This document shows positions 39,420-53,175 of a stretch of 64,000 bases of DNA, piece by piece (position 1 is the first letter of the stretch; each line of letters starts with the position of its first letter). This DNA comes from Callorhinchus milii. Its lineage: Eukaryota. Both the position numbers and the translations under genes were made by a program. The stretch lies in contig NW_024704742.1 of the NCBI RefSeq assembly GCF_018977255.1, positions 58,344,001 through 58,408,000 of the forward strand. Direction: 5' to 3'. A model generated the notes under the pieces. That model was given only the letters and a program-made list of their open reading frames with translations, ran no database searches and had not been told where the DNA came from.

Positions 39420-39751
39420 ATAATAATAATAATAATAATAATCCTTGCATTTGATATAGGGCTTTTCACGTCGGGAGGACGTCCCAAAGTGCTTCACAGA
39501 ACACACTGTAAAGTGAACTGACTGTATATTTGTGGAAGAACTCGGCAGCCAATTGCGCACAGCAATGTCCCACAAACAGTCGTAGATTGAAAATGACCAA
39601 TTTATTATTGTTTTTGGTTTTTTTGGAGGGATTATTATTAGGCTCTGTGTGGAGTAAGGAAACTTGCCCAAGGTTTCGCCCTGTGCCTGGAATTGAACTC
39701 AGGTCTCTCACATGCAAAGCGAGTGCTCTAACCACTGAGCTACAGGACTCC
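39420..39751 (-). mobile_element. Young tRNA-derived SINE, nested in an older SINE
   Basis: Reverse complement of the 55422 family. Confidence 0.9.
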
Positions 39752-42700
39752 AAATTTAAGAACCTGTTGCACTATTTGAAAAGAAAATGAGTTCCTCCTG
39801 GTGTCCTGGACAACATTTCCCCATGTAAAATTGGGCATTTAATTCATGGTTGTTTGTGGGACACTGCTATGTGCAAATTGGTTGCTGCATTTGCCTACAG
39901 AATATTACTGTATATCCTGTGAATTGCTTTGAGATATCCTCCTGATGTGAAAGGCACTATATCAAATGCAATAATTATTATTAGAATAATAGTCTTTTAG
40001 TCCTAATTATCTTTGCTATCCTTGAATATCCAAGTTAATCAAAAATTACTTCCAAAGTCTTCCTGACGTTATTTAAAAATTACTTCCTGACTACAGATTA
40101 TGATACATTTTCTGCTGATTCATTGCCTGTGCACAGAAGGTCAAACATCATCTAACCGTAATCATTCAAGAATGACTTTTACACAGGAACAATGATTGTA
40201 CTTTTGGCACTTTTGTTGCTTGGAATATCAATATCGTCACTGAATTGTCATCATTGCAGACAGTTCGCTCAACATTTCAGTGAGTTTTTTCTGATTGCTT
40301 TGTAACAGCCTTGAGGAGACTAGTTATGTCAGGACTTGGCTGTATGAATTTGACAAAGTGAGTCTAGTCAGATGGTATAAAAAAAACCTCACATACAAGA
40401 GACCTTGCATTTGTGAAATATAACTTATTGACATAAGTCTGATTGCTGAAAAGGGATCAATCTCTTTGAGACTGCATCTCTTTGACCGACCTTCAGCCAT
40501 TTGCCCCCATATCCCTGTGGCCCATCCAGGTTGGCTTGCACTTTGAGACCTTGTCAATGCGAAAGGCGCTTTCTAAGTGCAATCTGTTGTTGTACGACAG
40601 AGAGCAGATGGAAGCTTCTATTAATAAGGGCAAAGCTATTGCTCCCGGAAGAAGTCATTAGGGTTGATTTCATTCTTTCAAAGGTTGATACTTTCATTAA
40701 AATCCATCATGAATTCTGAGAAACCTAAATCTAATCTAACAATTTTAACAATCACTTCTTTATGTGGCCAAAAGACCTTCTTCATCCAAACTGATGCGTG
40801 CTCTTGGCTTGTCAGTAGGACTCTGAGGGCAGACCGCTATATCAAATGCAAGGATTATATCTTTTTAACCATATAACAACAAGAGTCAATACCTTTAGGA
40901 CACCAGATAAGATAGTAGGAGTAGAAAAATAAAGTAAGACATAACAGTGAACCAACCCACTAGTTTGGGATATCCATCTGCAAAATATAAAAGAAAACTA
41001 TTTTGATGGCAGATTTGTTTAAAAAATTAGATCTCACAAAATTTACCGTAAAGTCCTAGTCAACAATCCCCTGAATAAAATTATTCATTCAATCCATGGC
41101 TGTTTGTGGAAAATTCTGTGTGCAATGGCTGCCACATTTCATCGACAAAATACCCTGTGAAGTGCTCTGAGACGTCTCAACAATGTAATAAAACACTATA
41201 TCAAATGCATTATTATGATGATTATGTCTTGTCACTGTATATTTGTAGGAATATGGGGAATGTGTAGATTGGAGGATGTTGGTCATCCTCCTTTACTTCA
41301 TCCGAGTGGTGATTCCTCTTGTGGAAGTCTTAATAGTGAACGGCAGCAAGCTCTGCAGTGAACACATGGACTCAATTCCTTTCATGCCTGAGGCCCCAAA
41401 TTGCTTACGTTTTTTGGCTTAAGAACATGCGTGTAAAGTTTGCAATGTTTGGTGCAATATTATGTGTTACATAAATGATCATTAGATGGAGGCGCACCCT
41501 TCCTGGTATATGGTCTCTTCCTTCAAATCAGATTTCCACCGCACTCGAGACTAATGAAGCAAAGTAAGCATGTATTAGAAATGTAAACCTTAGAACAGCA
41601 TCTTGACTTAATATTTATTTTCTAGAAATGATATGCCGAGGGTATTGAAATCCACCATCTCCCAGGCTAAAAATTAACTGTTTACTGATAGGGCAGTGGA
41701 ACTAATTTTTGGAAGCAAGAGTGCAGGTTTCGCAGCCCAGAACTGATTCTCATGCGGAAGCTATCATCAAAGAAAAGTGAATGCCAGAATGGTGAGAATT
41801 CACTGCACTCATCCACTGCAAGGTGATATGGGTTCAATTACCAATGATAAAATGGAACATTTAGAGTTTTTTTTATCCCCAGTTCTTTTTTTGTTATTGC
41901 TCTTTACTGCTTGTTTCACATTTAAAATAATCACAAGATCACAAGAGAGGTTTAGATGAAAAAGCTCCTTCAGCCCATTTCATTTCAACCTTTTCGAATA
42001 TCCATTCTCACCTTCCTCCCATTAGAGCACAAGCTTAAATGAGTTCAGGCTCCTAGCCTCATCCACTGATTCCAGTCCGTGAATTTAAATACTTCCTGGT
42101 GTCTGTTCTGAAATTGAACTTTGAATCCTGAACCCATGTTCTCTTGCTTTTCCTTTGACCATGTTCCTTTATTTGCTTGAGTACTGGCATCCTGTGTCCT
42201 GGAACTGAAATGACATAGATATGTGTTTTATTCAACAACAGCTTGCATTTATATAGCTCCCCTCGAGCAGGATAGCATCCCAGAATGCTTGACAGTGGCA
42301 GAGCCAAGAAATCCGAGATATCCATCTGCAAAATATCAAAGACTTCATATGGGGGTGGGGGCAGATTTGTTTAAAGAATTAGATCTCACTCTTACTGAGT
42401 TTTGCCACAGCACACAACACAAATGCTGAACATCATTGTTATTTTCTACATCTTGAAACAGTGTCCCAATTCCAGGGCATCTTGTCTTAAATTCTTGGAT
42501 TGTGTGCCAAGCTGTGCTTAATGTAACAGACCCCTGTGGCGTTGGTTGTTCCAAAGAGAACTCAATCATTCTGGTATCTGTGGCTGGAAGTATTGAAATG
42601 CCAAACATACTGTCCTGAGTTCCAACCTGCTTGAATGTGCCAGCTGGACTGTATTTGGGACCAAGTGAGCTGAAAATAGATCAGCAAATTATAGTCATTT

Positions 42701-44149
42701 GAACTCCCCCACAATAAAATAAATCAATATTTTTTTAAAGAAAGATGTTCAGAACTACTACGGGATTATCCCAGATCTAAAACATAACTCCAGCTACACA
42801 GCACAGTGATTTAGTCCCATCAGAAACTTGACACCAGATGTCATTGCGTTCACAGAATTCTGCAATTGACCCTCTAGGAACATTAAAAAGCAGTCCTTTG
42901 AAAATTCTTAGGCAGGTCAATTGATCCCCTTAAGGAACCATTGGGGAGTGCAGCTTGTATTGAATCACTCCACTGTGTTTATAAAGCAACAGTAAAAATC
43001 AAACTACTCCTGAAACACCCTCCTTAAGGCACTCTCAGGGCAGGGTTCTGCTCAAGCCCAAGGTACACGGGACATTTTGCAGTACATTGCTGCAAACCAT
43101 GCAGTATAAATACAGTATTGGTTAGGTTCTGGTGGAACTGTTAACATGGGATGACTGTTTTATTGCAGAAACCCCTCAGATCAGGTTGGGACTTGTTTTT
43201 TTAAAAAACATGAAAGACAGGGCAGTGGTGTTTGAAAGGGTTTAAAAAAATTGAGAGATTTATCATGTCTGTGCCATAATATTGAAACGTGATAAAGTCC
43301 CAGTGACCTTGCAACCTCTCCCGTGAAAATTATACTGAAGGGAAAATGTGTTAAAAGGTCAATTCATGACATATTTGTGTTCTCAAACACAACCTTGCAA
43401 AGTTACAGTACTTTTAAAATCTCTGTTAAATTGTCACTTAGGCACGAAACCAAGTAGTAAGTACTTTGCTAGCAAAATGAAACACAGCATTCTAGAAAAT
43501 ATATTCATATTTGAACAGACTGCAACAGGTATCTTCACATGCTTACACTTGCTCAGCAGTAAAACTCTTACAAATCCAAACTTAAATAAATAAAAGGTTC
43601 TCGTTGCAAAAACAAGAACCCACAGAATACAGTATATTCTGTGAAGCGCTTTGAGATGTCTAGAAGATGTGAAAAGCGCTATATCAAATGCAAGGATTAA
43701 AAACTCTCTGTTGTTACCCCGATGGTTTTGTGAAGCTAACAACTGAGTCATACTGACTGAGTTATACAAAGGTCGCAGTTTTATCCCTGTTATTTACTGA
43801 GTTAGCTGATCTTAATTGGACAGCGTTAGGGCCATCGCAACTGTTCAGCGCTCAAAAAGAAAACATCAGGCAGAGAAGACGTGTTTTAACCTATCTCTAC
43901 CAGCACCCCCTGCTGGAGTGTCCTTGTATTGAAACCGTATGAAGGCAACTGAGATCTCCTCTGCAATCAAATAACCTGTCGGTCCTCATTGTTAAGGTTC
44001 ACAAGATCGTAAGATAGTTTTGGATGAAGAAGGCCCCTTAGCCCATCTGATCTCATGTTTCCAGACTAACCACCCCACCGCCCTTGCATCACAATATAAA
44101 GCTTTTTTTATGTTGGGGCTGTGTCATTTTGCCTTCATTTTGTTTGCAC

Positions 44150-45232
44150 TAATGGCTTCTCCTCCACCTCCCGTACTGTCTCATTTGGTGTCCCTCAGGG
44201 CTCTGTCCTCGGTCCCCTCCTCTTCACCCTCTATATGCTCCCCCTGGTGACATCATCCGCAGACATGGGTTAACTTCCACATGTATGCGGATGACACCCA
44301 ACTCTACCTTTCCTCCTCTACTCTCAACTCCACGACCACCGATGTCCTGACAGCTGCCTGTCCGACAACGAGTCCTGCACGAGAGACAACTTTCTTCAGC
44401 TCTACGTGCGTAAAACTAAGGCCCTCCTGATTTGCTCCGTAAACGCCTTCGCACCTCAGGCGCTGACAGCATCAGTATCCAAGGCTGCACTCTCCACCTC
44501 TCAAAGCCAGTCAGGAACCTCGGCGTTCTGTTCGACCCTGAGCTGTCCTTTCTCCCTCGTGTCCGCGCCACAACTGGCACCGCCTTCCATCACCTCCGGA
44601 ATATCGCCAGACTACGGCACTACCTCACCCCTCACGCTGCTAAACCCTCATCCATGCTTTTCATACCTAAGGCTTGACTATGCAATCCCTCCTCGACGGC
44701 CTCCCGCTCACTCCCTTCCACAAGCTGCAGTATCCAGAACTCTGCAGCCGTGTCACTCTCCCGCACCAATGTGGATCTTCACCCTCCCACTCACTGCTTC
44801 GCCTCCACTCTCCATTCCCCGTGGATCAAGATTCAAGATCCTCATCCTCACCTACAAGGCCATTCACGGCCTCTGCTCCCTCCTACCTCTCCGACCTACT
44901 ATCCCCCTACCTACCTGCCCGTACCCTCCGTTCCTCTGGCTCCGGTCTGCTCCACGTCCCCCGCCCCAACCGCCCTACCATCGGTGGTCGGGCCTTCAGC
45001 CTCTCAGCCCCAGGCTCTGGAACTCCATCCCCCAGTGCCTTCGCCGCCTCCTCCCTTTCCTCCTTCAAGGCCGGTCTCAAGACCTTTCTCTTTGACCGTG
45101 CCTTCAGCTCCCCTCTCGACTCTCTACCCCCTCCTCGCTCCCTCCCTTCCCTCCCCTCACCCTGACCATGTCCCCCCTGCTCGGGTCCCAACCCAACTGT
45201 CCAGCGCCTTGGGACGTCCTCCCGACCTGAAA
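44150..45232 (+). mobile_element. L2-clade LINE 3' part, frameshifted
   Basis: [18 protein letters not shown] at 44187, HMYADDTQLYL at 44278, FKILILTYKAIHG, RTLRSS...GGRAFS and SSFKAGLKTFLF. Confidence 0.92.
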
Positions 45233-45254
45233 GGGTTGACGTCCCAAGGCGTGG

Positions 45255-45350
45255 GGGCTGTGCGTGTGTGGGGGGGGGTGCGCTGTGTGTGTGAGGTGGG
45301 GGGCTGTGTGTGTGTGTATGGGGGGGCTGTGCGGAAGTAATGGAAGTGAA
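45255..45350 (+). promoter_or_regulatory. Putative DCTD core promoter with ETS-type sites
   Basis: GT/G-rich tract followed by GCGGAAGT (45331-45338) and TGGAAGTG (45341-45348), typical of TATA-less housekeeping promoters; directly precedes the candidate exon 1. Confidence 0.45.
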
Positions 45351-45365
45351 GGGTGGAAAAATATT
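45340..45365 (+). CDS. DCTD: Candidate DCTD first coding exon (MEVKGGKI-L)
   Basis: ATG at 45340 follows GCGGAAGT. The exon ends TT|GTGAGC in phase 2, which joins the single G at 46236 to give TTG and the correct frame. Supported by phase logic only, not homology. Confidence 0.5.
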
Positions 45366-46235
45366 GTGAGCGATATTCATCACTTTGAATATAGCAGCTC
45401 AAACAACTCCTGCAACCCTTACTCCTCTGGTGCTCCCTAAACACTGGTGAGCCTTCAGCTAGTTTGCACCCATGTTCTGGAACTCTCTCCAAAATCTCTC
45501 AATATCTCTCGCAATCCGTTTTGAGATGTAGTCCTGCATTGTAAAGTGCTACAGAATGTAATTTGTTGTAGGCAAATAATTGGTTTATATCATATGGCTC
45601 ATACGGAATAAACAAACTTCATAAAAAATGCGAAGCTCCCACCTTATCTCTGCTCTACAATTAAATTTGCGGCAGCAAATTAACATGGCTGCTCCAGGCT
45701 CCCGGCTACCTGCTGCTACAACGATTGCTGATCAAAGTGAGGTTCTATCAGTGCTGGGAAGCGGAACATGTCCAACTGTGCCTTTCTGCCTGGTACTAAG
45801 TAGTTACTGAAGGGTCCTCAGAACTATGTTCCAGTACAAAATCTAAATAAATAACAATGAAGGTGCTTTGATTTGATCTGAAAATGAGTCTTCATTGGAG
45901 CTCAATCATTTGAGCACCAGACTTGTGACTACTGCATAATGTTTGGTGTCTGTAGCCCAGTGCTCTTTATCCTTCTTAGTTTTTTTTATATATCCGGGAA
46001 GGAGGAAATTAAATGATGTCTCCCTGGGATTAAATTGGTTTCAGAGAGATGTGCTTAAAGTCCCAACGGGGCAGTAGTAATTCAATGCACAGCTGATTGC
46101 TCATCAGCGAGTCTTTGGTCAGGATGTATCCGGAGCTCCAGCCACAATGGGCTGAAGGGGCCTGCAACGTTGTAAGATTCTATGAGCAATATCATAGCAT
46201 GTGAGTGACTGGATTTGTATTTATGAATTCCTCAG

Positions 46236-46344
46236 GAGTGATGAAGCGCCATGCAAAAAACGAGAAGACTATCTGGAATGGTCAGAATATTTTATGGCTG
46301 TTGCTTTTCTATCAGCGCAAAGAAGCAAGGACCCAAACTCACAA
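46236..46344 (+). CDS. DCTD: dCMP deaminase exon ([36 protein letters not shown])
   Basis: Matches the vertebrate DCTD N-terminus. Acceptor ctcag|G at 46235/46236, donor CAA|GTAAGC. An in-frame stop at 46195-46197 means the start codon must come from an upstream exon. Confidence 0.93.
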
Positions 46345-46500
46345 GTAAGCCTGGGCTGAATGCATTATACCTTTATCTTTGTCCTGTTTCCCCCTCCTGC
46401 CATTATTTATTTTAGAAGTAAAATGATATTCATTCCTGGCTTTTAAATTCAAAAAGTGATTTCTCTGTAACCAATGTTTCCAGTTTTGGTGAATCAAAGC

Positions 46501-46525
46501 NNNNNNNNNNNNNNNNNNNNNNNNN
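46501..46525. other. Assembly gap (25 N) in a DCTD intron
   Basis: Run of N; distances across it are unreliable. Confidence 1.
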
Positions 46526-49500
46526 AATTTTTTTTACTATTGTCCTGACCTCAACCCCTTTCCAGGAAACCTGTCCAGTTGTTATTTACCCTTTGAGTAA
46601 AGAAAAACGTCCTGGTATTTGTCCTGAAATGGCCCTTTGCAACTTTAAAACTGTGTCCTCTTGTTATTAGTATTCTGGGTTTATGTTTTCCATCTCATTT
46701 AGATATTTATATCTAAATTTATATCTAAATTTATTCATTATAAAATGAATTTTGACTGTGTATTTTATGGGTGAAATGTAGCAGCCAATTGTGCACAGCA
46801 GTATCCCAGAAATAGTGTTGGATTGAATGATCACATTTGGGGGGGTGGGAGAGGGATTGTTACCCCTGGAAAGTGATCTGCCAATCGACTAACATAGCTC
46901 ATTGTTGAACTGGGAAATATACAAAAATGAGCTCGGATACTGGAGGATGACCTGCCCTCAAAGACGCTTAGCCATAGTAGAAAGAAGAAGAAAGCAAACA
47001 CTTCTTTTTGAGAAGAGGGGAGAGCAAAAACCTGGTAAACGAATAAAAGGGTGAACGTTGTTATAAATGTAAATGTAACAATGGTTAGAGATTCAATATT
47101 GTGGAATGGATGCTGAAAACATAAAAAGTGACATAGAATAACGCAGAGCTAACCTAACTGCAATAACAAGTTTGATTTTGTATTCTGCGGCAGTGCTTGT
47201 GCATGGGGAATGTTTAGTAGCAAAGTGTTTTCCCTATTCCCACTATCAAAGCCACACCATGATAACGAAGATATTTTGAGTTGTAAAAGAATGTAAATAT
47301 CTTCAAATTCCACAATTCTGTTATCTTCTCATGACAGCCCATGGAGTTGCCATGAGAAGAAAGGCACAGCAAGTGGAAAATCAGCGTGGATCTTTAACAG
47401 TGTTTATAATACATGAAAATAGGATGTTCTAATAATGAAAAAAAATTAACTGGTGCCATTCATATCAGGAAAACATCTCAACGTGCTTCACAGGATTTCA
47501 TTGTAAAGTTTAGTAACTATATTTTGTCAAATGAAGCAGACAATTTGCACACAGCAATATCCCACAAACAACTGTGAAGTTAATGATCAATTTTATTTGG
47601 GGATTGATGGAAAGCAAACCACAAGATCGCAAGATCGGTTTGGATGAAGAAGGACTTTTGGCCCATTCAATCTCATCCTTACAGAACACCAACCTACCAG
47701 AACATCAAGCTGCTTTTACATACCTCCTTCACTTTTCAAATACTGCCTTAGGATCTTTAACGTCCACCTAGCCAGGCACATTAGACCTCAGTTTAAAGTC
47801 TTAACTGATGATGGCACTGCAGTGTGCTTTCAGCACTGCATTACAGTGTCAGACATCATTATGTGAATTTATAGAATCCACACTACTCCGACTCAGAGAC
47901 AAGATTGCTACTAACTGAACCCAGCTGACATCATAATGTTAGTTGGAAACTGGGGTTGATTTGGAGTATTTCTTAATGGATTTCTGCATTATGAAATCCA
48001 GAGGTCTGTGACACTAATTTGTGGGATTATTATTCCAAGTCAATCTGTTACCTGTTTTTGGAGTTGGGCTCCCTAGGGTCACATAACTAGCATGACAAAC
48101 TTCAATTGATGAAATGAGGTCCAGTTCAGACTCATATTTTTAAATTATGAAATCCGTTTCTTAGTTAAAAAATCCATTGAGAAGTAATCAACCCACTAGA
48201 ATTATATGCTTTCTTATTTATGACTTCAAGAACCTCACTCTCACCTATAAGTCCCTTCCCACCCTAGAACCTCCCTATCTCTCTGACCTTTTCCTATGCC
48301 ACATCTCTGTTTGCCCTCGGATATGGCTAACTAAGGCCTGTTGCATGTTTCCCATCCTGCTCTGTACCACCATTAGTGACTGATCCTTCAGTTATTTACA
48401 CCCCCAACAACCAAAACCCACACTCTCCCTCCTTCCACTTCACACTCTTTCTATCTGTCTTTAAATGCTGCCTTAAAACATACTGCTTCGACTGTGCCTA
48501 CAGTCACCACCTTTTGTCCCCCACCTCCCCACACTTCTTCCTTGATTGAGCTCCGACTCCATTATTATGAAGGGCTCTGAGACATTGTCGCACATGGTTT
48601 ATGGTATATAAATACAAGTTGTTATTTATAATTTCTATAAAATTATCAACCAAGGATAAAATATAGCTGAATATTCTAGTGGTACTGGGTTTTTTCAACT
48701 GTTCGTCATGTAGCTTCATATGAACTACAGATGACCAGCCAATGTAGGATGTGGACAGATTTGGTCAGAAACGCTTGCTAATTCAGCAACCTATGTTTCG
48801 ATGTTAAAAGGCAAGCAGTACTGAACCTCAATGGTCAAATCTTTTCTTTGGGTAAAGTGATACAGCCACCTATGTCCTGGTAAGCGGATCCAATCACAAC
48901 ACAACCTGATAGCCTGGCTGTAAACACAAGTGTCTAAAGTTGGCTGGTTAACTTTAGGCCACATGAGACCAGAAAAATCATTGTGGGGAAAAATGATAGG
49001 CATTATGTGATGCAATTGAAATTTTAAAGGAATTATTCACTGGTTGAATGATTTAGTTTAAACTGGCTTGTGATTTTACTCTGTGATATAGGTGATGATT
49101 AATATCGTTTGTACCGAAAGTTTTATCGTGTTATTCCTAAGGGAAGATGTAAACCTATGCAATACCAAAATACATTTATATAGCGGCTTTCATGTCGGGA
49201 GGATGTCTCAAAGTGTTTAACACTGCTGACTGGACACCCGGGCTGGAGGTGAGAACCAAAGGGGATGGGGAGAGGAAAGATGACTTTCCTCTCGAGGTGA
49301 AAGAAGTATATATTGAGGCCGAACCTTGAAAGAGATGCGGGAGGGAGCATGTGGGCTCCAGAATGATGAAATATAGCAAAAGTTTGGACATTAGTGAATG
49401 TTTTTACAGCCAGGCATGTTAAGATTCTCTTGTCTGTAGCTATTTCAAAAGAAGTCCATATATAAATTGTACATGTGCTTTTTGAAAGGCTAATAATAAT

Positions 49501-49773
49501 AATCCTTGCATTTGATATAGTGACTTATCACATCATCAAAATATCTCAAAATTTTTCAGAGGATCCATTGCAAAGTATATTTGGAGCCAAATACAGCAGC
49601 CAATTTGCGCACAACAACATCCCACAAATAACCATGATGTGAATGACCAATTTTATCTGGGAGATTGTTGACCAGGACACTGAGAAAAACATCCTTCTCT
49701 TTTTGAATAGTGCCATGTCCACTTAAACGAGCAGACGGAACCTTGGTTTAACATCTAATCCGAGGACGGCAGC

Positions 49774-50105
49774 CATAGGTGGCGAGTGGCTAGTGCTAGA
49801 GGGACTCAGCCCTCCCCTGAATCTGTCTACAGCTCACCTCTTTAAGGGGAGCTGGGGGCGAAGGCCCTGATCCAAGGAGGACCACAGTCAGTCCTCCGAG
49901 CAGTACCAACCAACAGCGCCCGCGGTCACCCTCTTACCCCTCTCCCAACTCGTCATCAGGGCCCACCCACATCTGGTCCGGTAAACTGCTCATCGGAGCA
50001 TCCTCACCTCTGATTGACTGATGGGCCAGTCAGTCAAGCCAACAGGTCACTTGTCTTAAGTAAACCAACCCTTCCCCCAAAGAATATTTTCACCCGCCGC
50101 CTATG
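49774..50105. mobile_element. hAT-like MITE, 332 bp, inserted in an old SINE
   Basis: 15-bp TIRs CATAGGTGGCGAGTG and CACCCGCCGCCTATG (2 mismatches); 8-bp TSD ACGGCAGC/ATGGCACC (2 mismatches). Confidence 0.75.
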
Positions 50106-52509
50106 ATGGCACCTCTGATAATCTAGCACTCTCCAACATTGTCTTGAGACGTCCACCTGATGCAAAAGGCACTATACAAATGTCACTTGTTGTTGTTGTA
50201 TCAGACTGACATCCTCGACTTTGAGATCAAAATCTTGACTTGGAACTTGAACACACAACCTTCTGACTCAGAGGCAAGCGTGCTATCAACCAAACCAGGC
50301 TTGATTGCTTAAATAACCTTTAGCTCACATCTGACTTTCTTCTCCCTCTTATTAAAGATACATGCAATAAAGAGGTTAAAATATTAAGTAAATGTAATCA
50401 AAGTGCAGACAGTGCATCCGTCATGGATGACTTCTCCTGTGGTTTACTGGATTTCCTTAGGCTCTGTTAGTTCCTGACACTGCCTTATCTCCTGATATCA
50501 GTGGAACTGATGGACCAGAAAGAAATTTGTCAAACTTGTTTCTGTTGGATTAGTCTCAGATAAATGTCTGCAATAAAAAACAAATACTGGGAAATGAATC
50601 ACACAAGGGTCATTTGAGGATAATAAGTTTGACTATTAGAATGATTAAGAAAGAGATAGAAAGGCAAATTGCGGAATAACAGCAGAAGCATGCTAAATAA
50701 TTTCTTTAGCTAACTAAGCCAAGATGTTGATGATCGGGTAGGTCCTTCAAAAGATAAATTGGAAGAAATATTAAAGATATAGCAGTTGAGTTGAATTATT
50801 TTTTCATTAAAACTGTCTCAGGAATTCATAACACATTTAGAGGTCAGAGAAGGGTTAGGGTTAGGGTTAGGCATTGTGAAGCAACTCAAAGCAGCTTTTC
50901 CAGGGTATCTGTAACACACCTTTGAATCCTCAAGGAAATGTGTGAAGGAAGATTCTGTTTAATTTAGAAATATCACAGTTGTAACAGATGCCTGAAGCCA
51001 ACATGAAGTTAATATGGAGTCAAAATTGCAGCGTTTATACTGGAGTCAAAATTGTAGCATTTCTTCCTTTCCTTATTTAAGGAATGTTATTCAAATGTAT
51101 TTTGAAACAATGCCTGACTTTTGAATAATAATAACAACACAATTCACCTGAAAAGCCCTGAGTACAACACTGCATCTTGGATTAATGCTCCATGGGGATG
51201 ATTTTCTATCCGTGAAATTGAGTTTTTTTTCTGAACTTATTTAGGGGAAACTGATCTGTGGGAATCATATTGTGAACCTTGCTATCTACAATTTGCTGCT
51301 GTGATTACCTGTGAATACTACATTAGACAGCTATTACCTACAAGGCTGTTTTTACTTTATAGGTTCAATATCAAATGCAAACATGATTATTACTTATTAT
51401 TATTTGACTAATCATTAAATAGACAGTTCTCCATGCTCTCGAATATCAAGAGAGGTCTGAGAAAACCTTTGGGAAAATACAAAAAGTCTGGTTATCAGAG
51501 GTTGTGTTAGATATTGACTTGGTTTCCATGAGTTCAATCCTAATTTTTATTATTACAGTTGATCAAGGTTCCACTCCAATAGAATACAAATTTACATTTA
51601 TACCTGTGATTTCAGGAGCCTTGGAGCATATCCAAGCACTTAACAATCCTGGATTGGCACCCGAGCTGGGGGTGGGAGCTGAGAGGGTTGGGGAGGGGCA
51701 AGATGACTGAAAGCATGATCACACAGGTAGATACTGAGACGGACCTTGAACAAGGTGAATGACTGAGCAAATCAAAGGGACTCCAGGATTGGGTTCCAGA
51801 GAGCAGGACAGCTCACCTACCAATGATGAGGTGCTGTAGGTAACATATACAAGATGCTCCCCAGTGTTTCCATCAGTGCTATATGCCATTTTGTCTGACT
51901 GAGCTCTCACTCTTGTATGGACCATTCCCAGAAATGGTGGGGGGGAATGCGGCCACCAGAGAATGATTCACGACTTTGAAGCAACTGCACAATGCAGCTG
52001 TTGCAATGAAAACACCTCTACAATACTCCTGCAATATAAATGTGGCAGAAAACTAAATGCAAACTACTGGTCTGGAGGCCATAGACATTACGCAGGAATT
52101 AAGTAACATATGCCCGAGACTAGTGGAAGGCAAGGTCTAGGACTTGTTAAGGTCTCCAGATCTTCCCTTATCACTGTGCTGCATGCAGAGTTTAACTCTA
52201 GTCTGGTCTGGATGAAGAGGAACTTCTAGAATTCAAATCACTCCCTGTTGCATTCTTGAAATATTGTCTAGAGTGATTGTGAGACATTATACACATTTTT
52301 TGTATAGATATACTCAGAGTGAAGGCTTACTTGCTACAACCTGATCCTTTACTAAATTTATGTTCACACCTAAAATTCTTTACTGTTCCAACAGGTCATG
52401 TACACAACATCAAATACCTTTGGGTTCAGAAAATCAAACATCTCTTGCTCTTTTCTCTTGTTTTCTTTTATGACTGTTTATGCCCATAATGAGCATACAT
52501 TTTAATTAT

Positions 52510-53175
52510 TTGAGGCTATCCCAACAGTGCTCAGTAGCTGTGAATAAGGTATGCCAGATGCTGGGTTGTATTAAAAGGGCAATATTGAGCCGAAATAGTG
52601 GGGTAATCCTGCCACTTTATAAATCATGGTCGCACTTGGAATGCTGTGTGCAGTTCCGGTCACCGCAATATAAAAAAGATATTGCCATGATTGAGAGGAT
52701 ATAGAGGAGGGCAACCAAAATGATTGAGGGAATGGGGGGACTGGACTACGAGGAGCGATTATATAAACTGGGCACGTTCACACCGGAAAAGAGAAGGTTG
52801 AGGGGTGATATGATTATGGTCTTTAAAATTCGGAAGGGAATAGATAATGTGGATCATGATAAGCTGTTTTATCTTGTACTGAAGAGTAGAACCAGAGAAC
52901 ACGGCCTATGACTGAAGGGGGGTAAATTCAGAACAAATCTACAGAAACACTGCTTCAGTGAGCGAGTAGTAGATTTATGGAACAGGCTCCCGAGGGAGAC
53001 AGTGAAAGCAGAAAATGTCATTTGTTTTAAGAACAAATTAGATAGATTTCTGCTATAAATAATATCTCAGGATGCAGTGTGTAGTTAGGGATATGACATG
53101 TCAAGCAACTGCCATGATGGTGGAAGGCAAACTAGATGATCCTTGGTCTTGTTTCGCCTTAAAATTCTTATGTTC
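52510..53175 (+). mobile_element. CR1 LINE 3' part, near-identical to 17255-17917
   Basis: ORFs 52480-52704 and 52720-52911 repeat the same peptide; alignable by eye with few substitutions. Confidence 0.92.

Noticed and set aside
46199..46235. AT|GTGAGT...CAG|G micro-intron creating a split ATG for DCTD
   Set aside because: It would restore the frame, but 35 nt is below the usual vertebrate minimum intron length; the 45340 exon is the better candidate.
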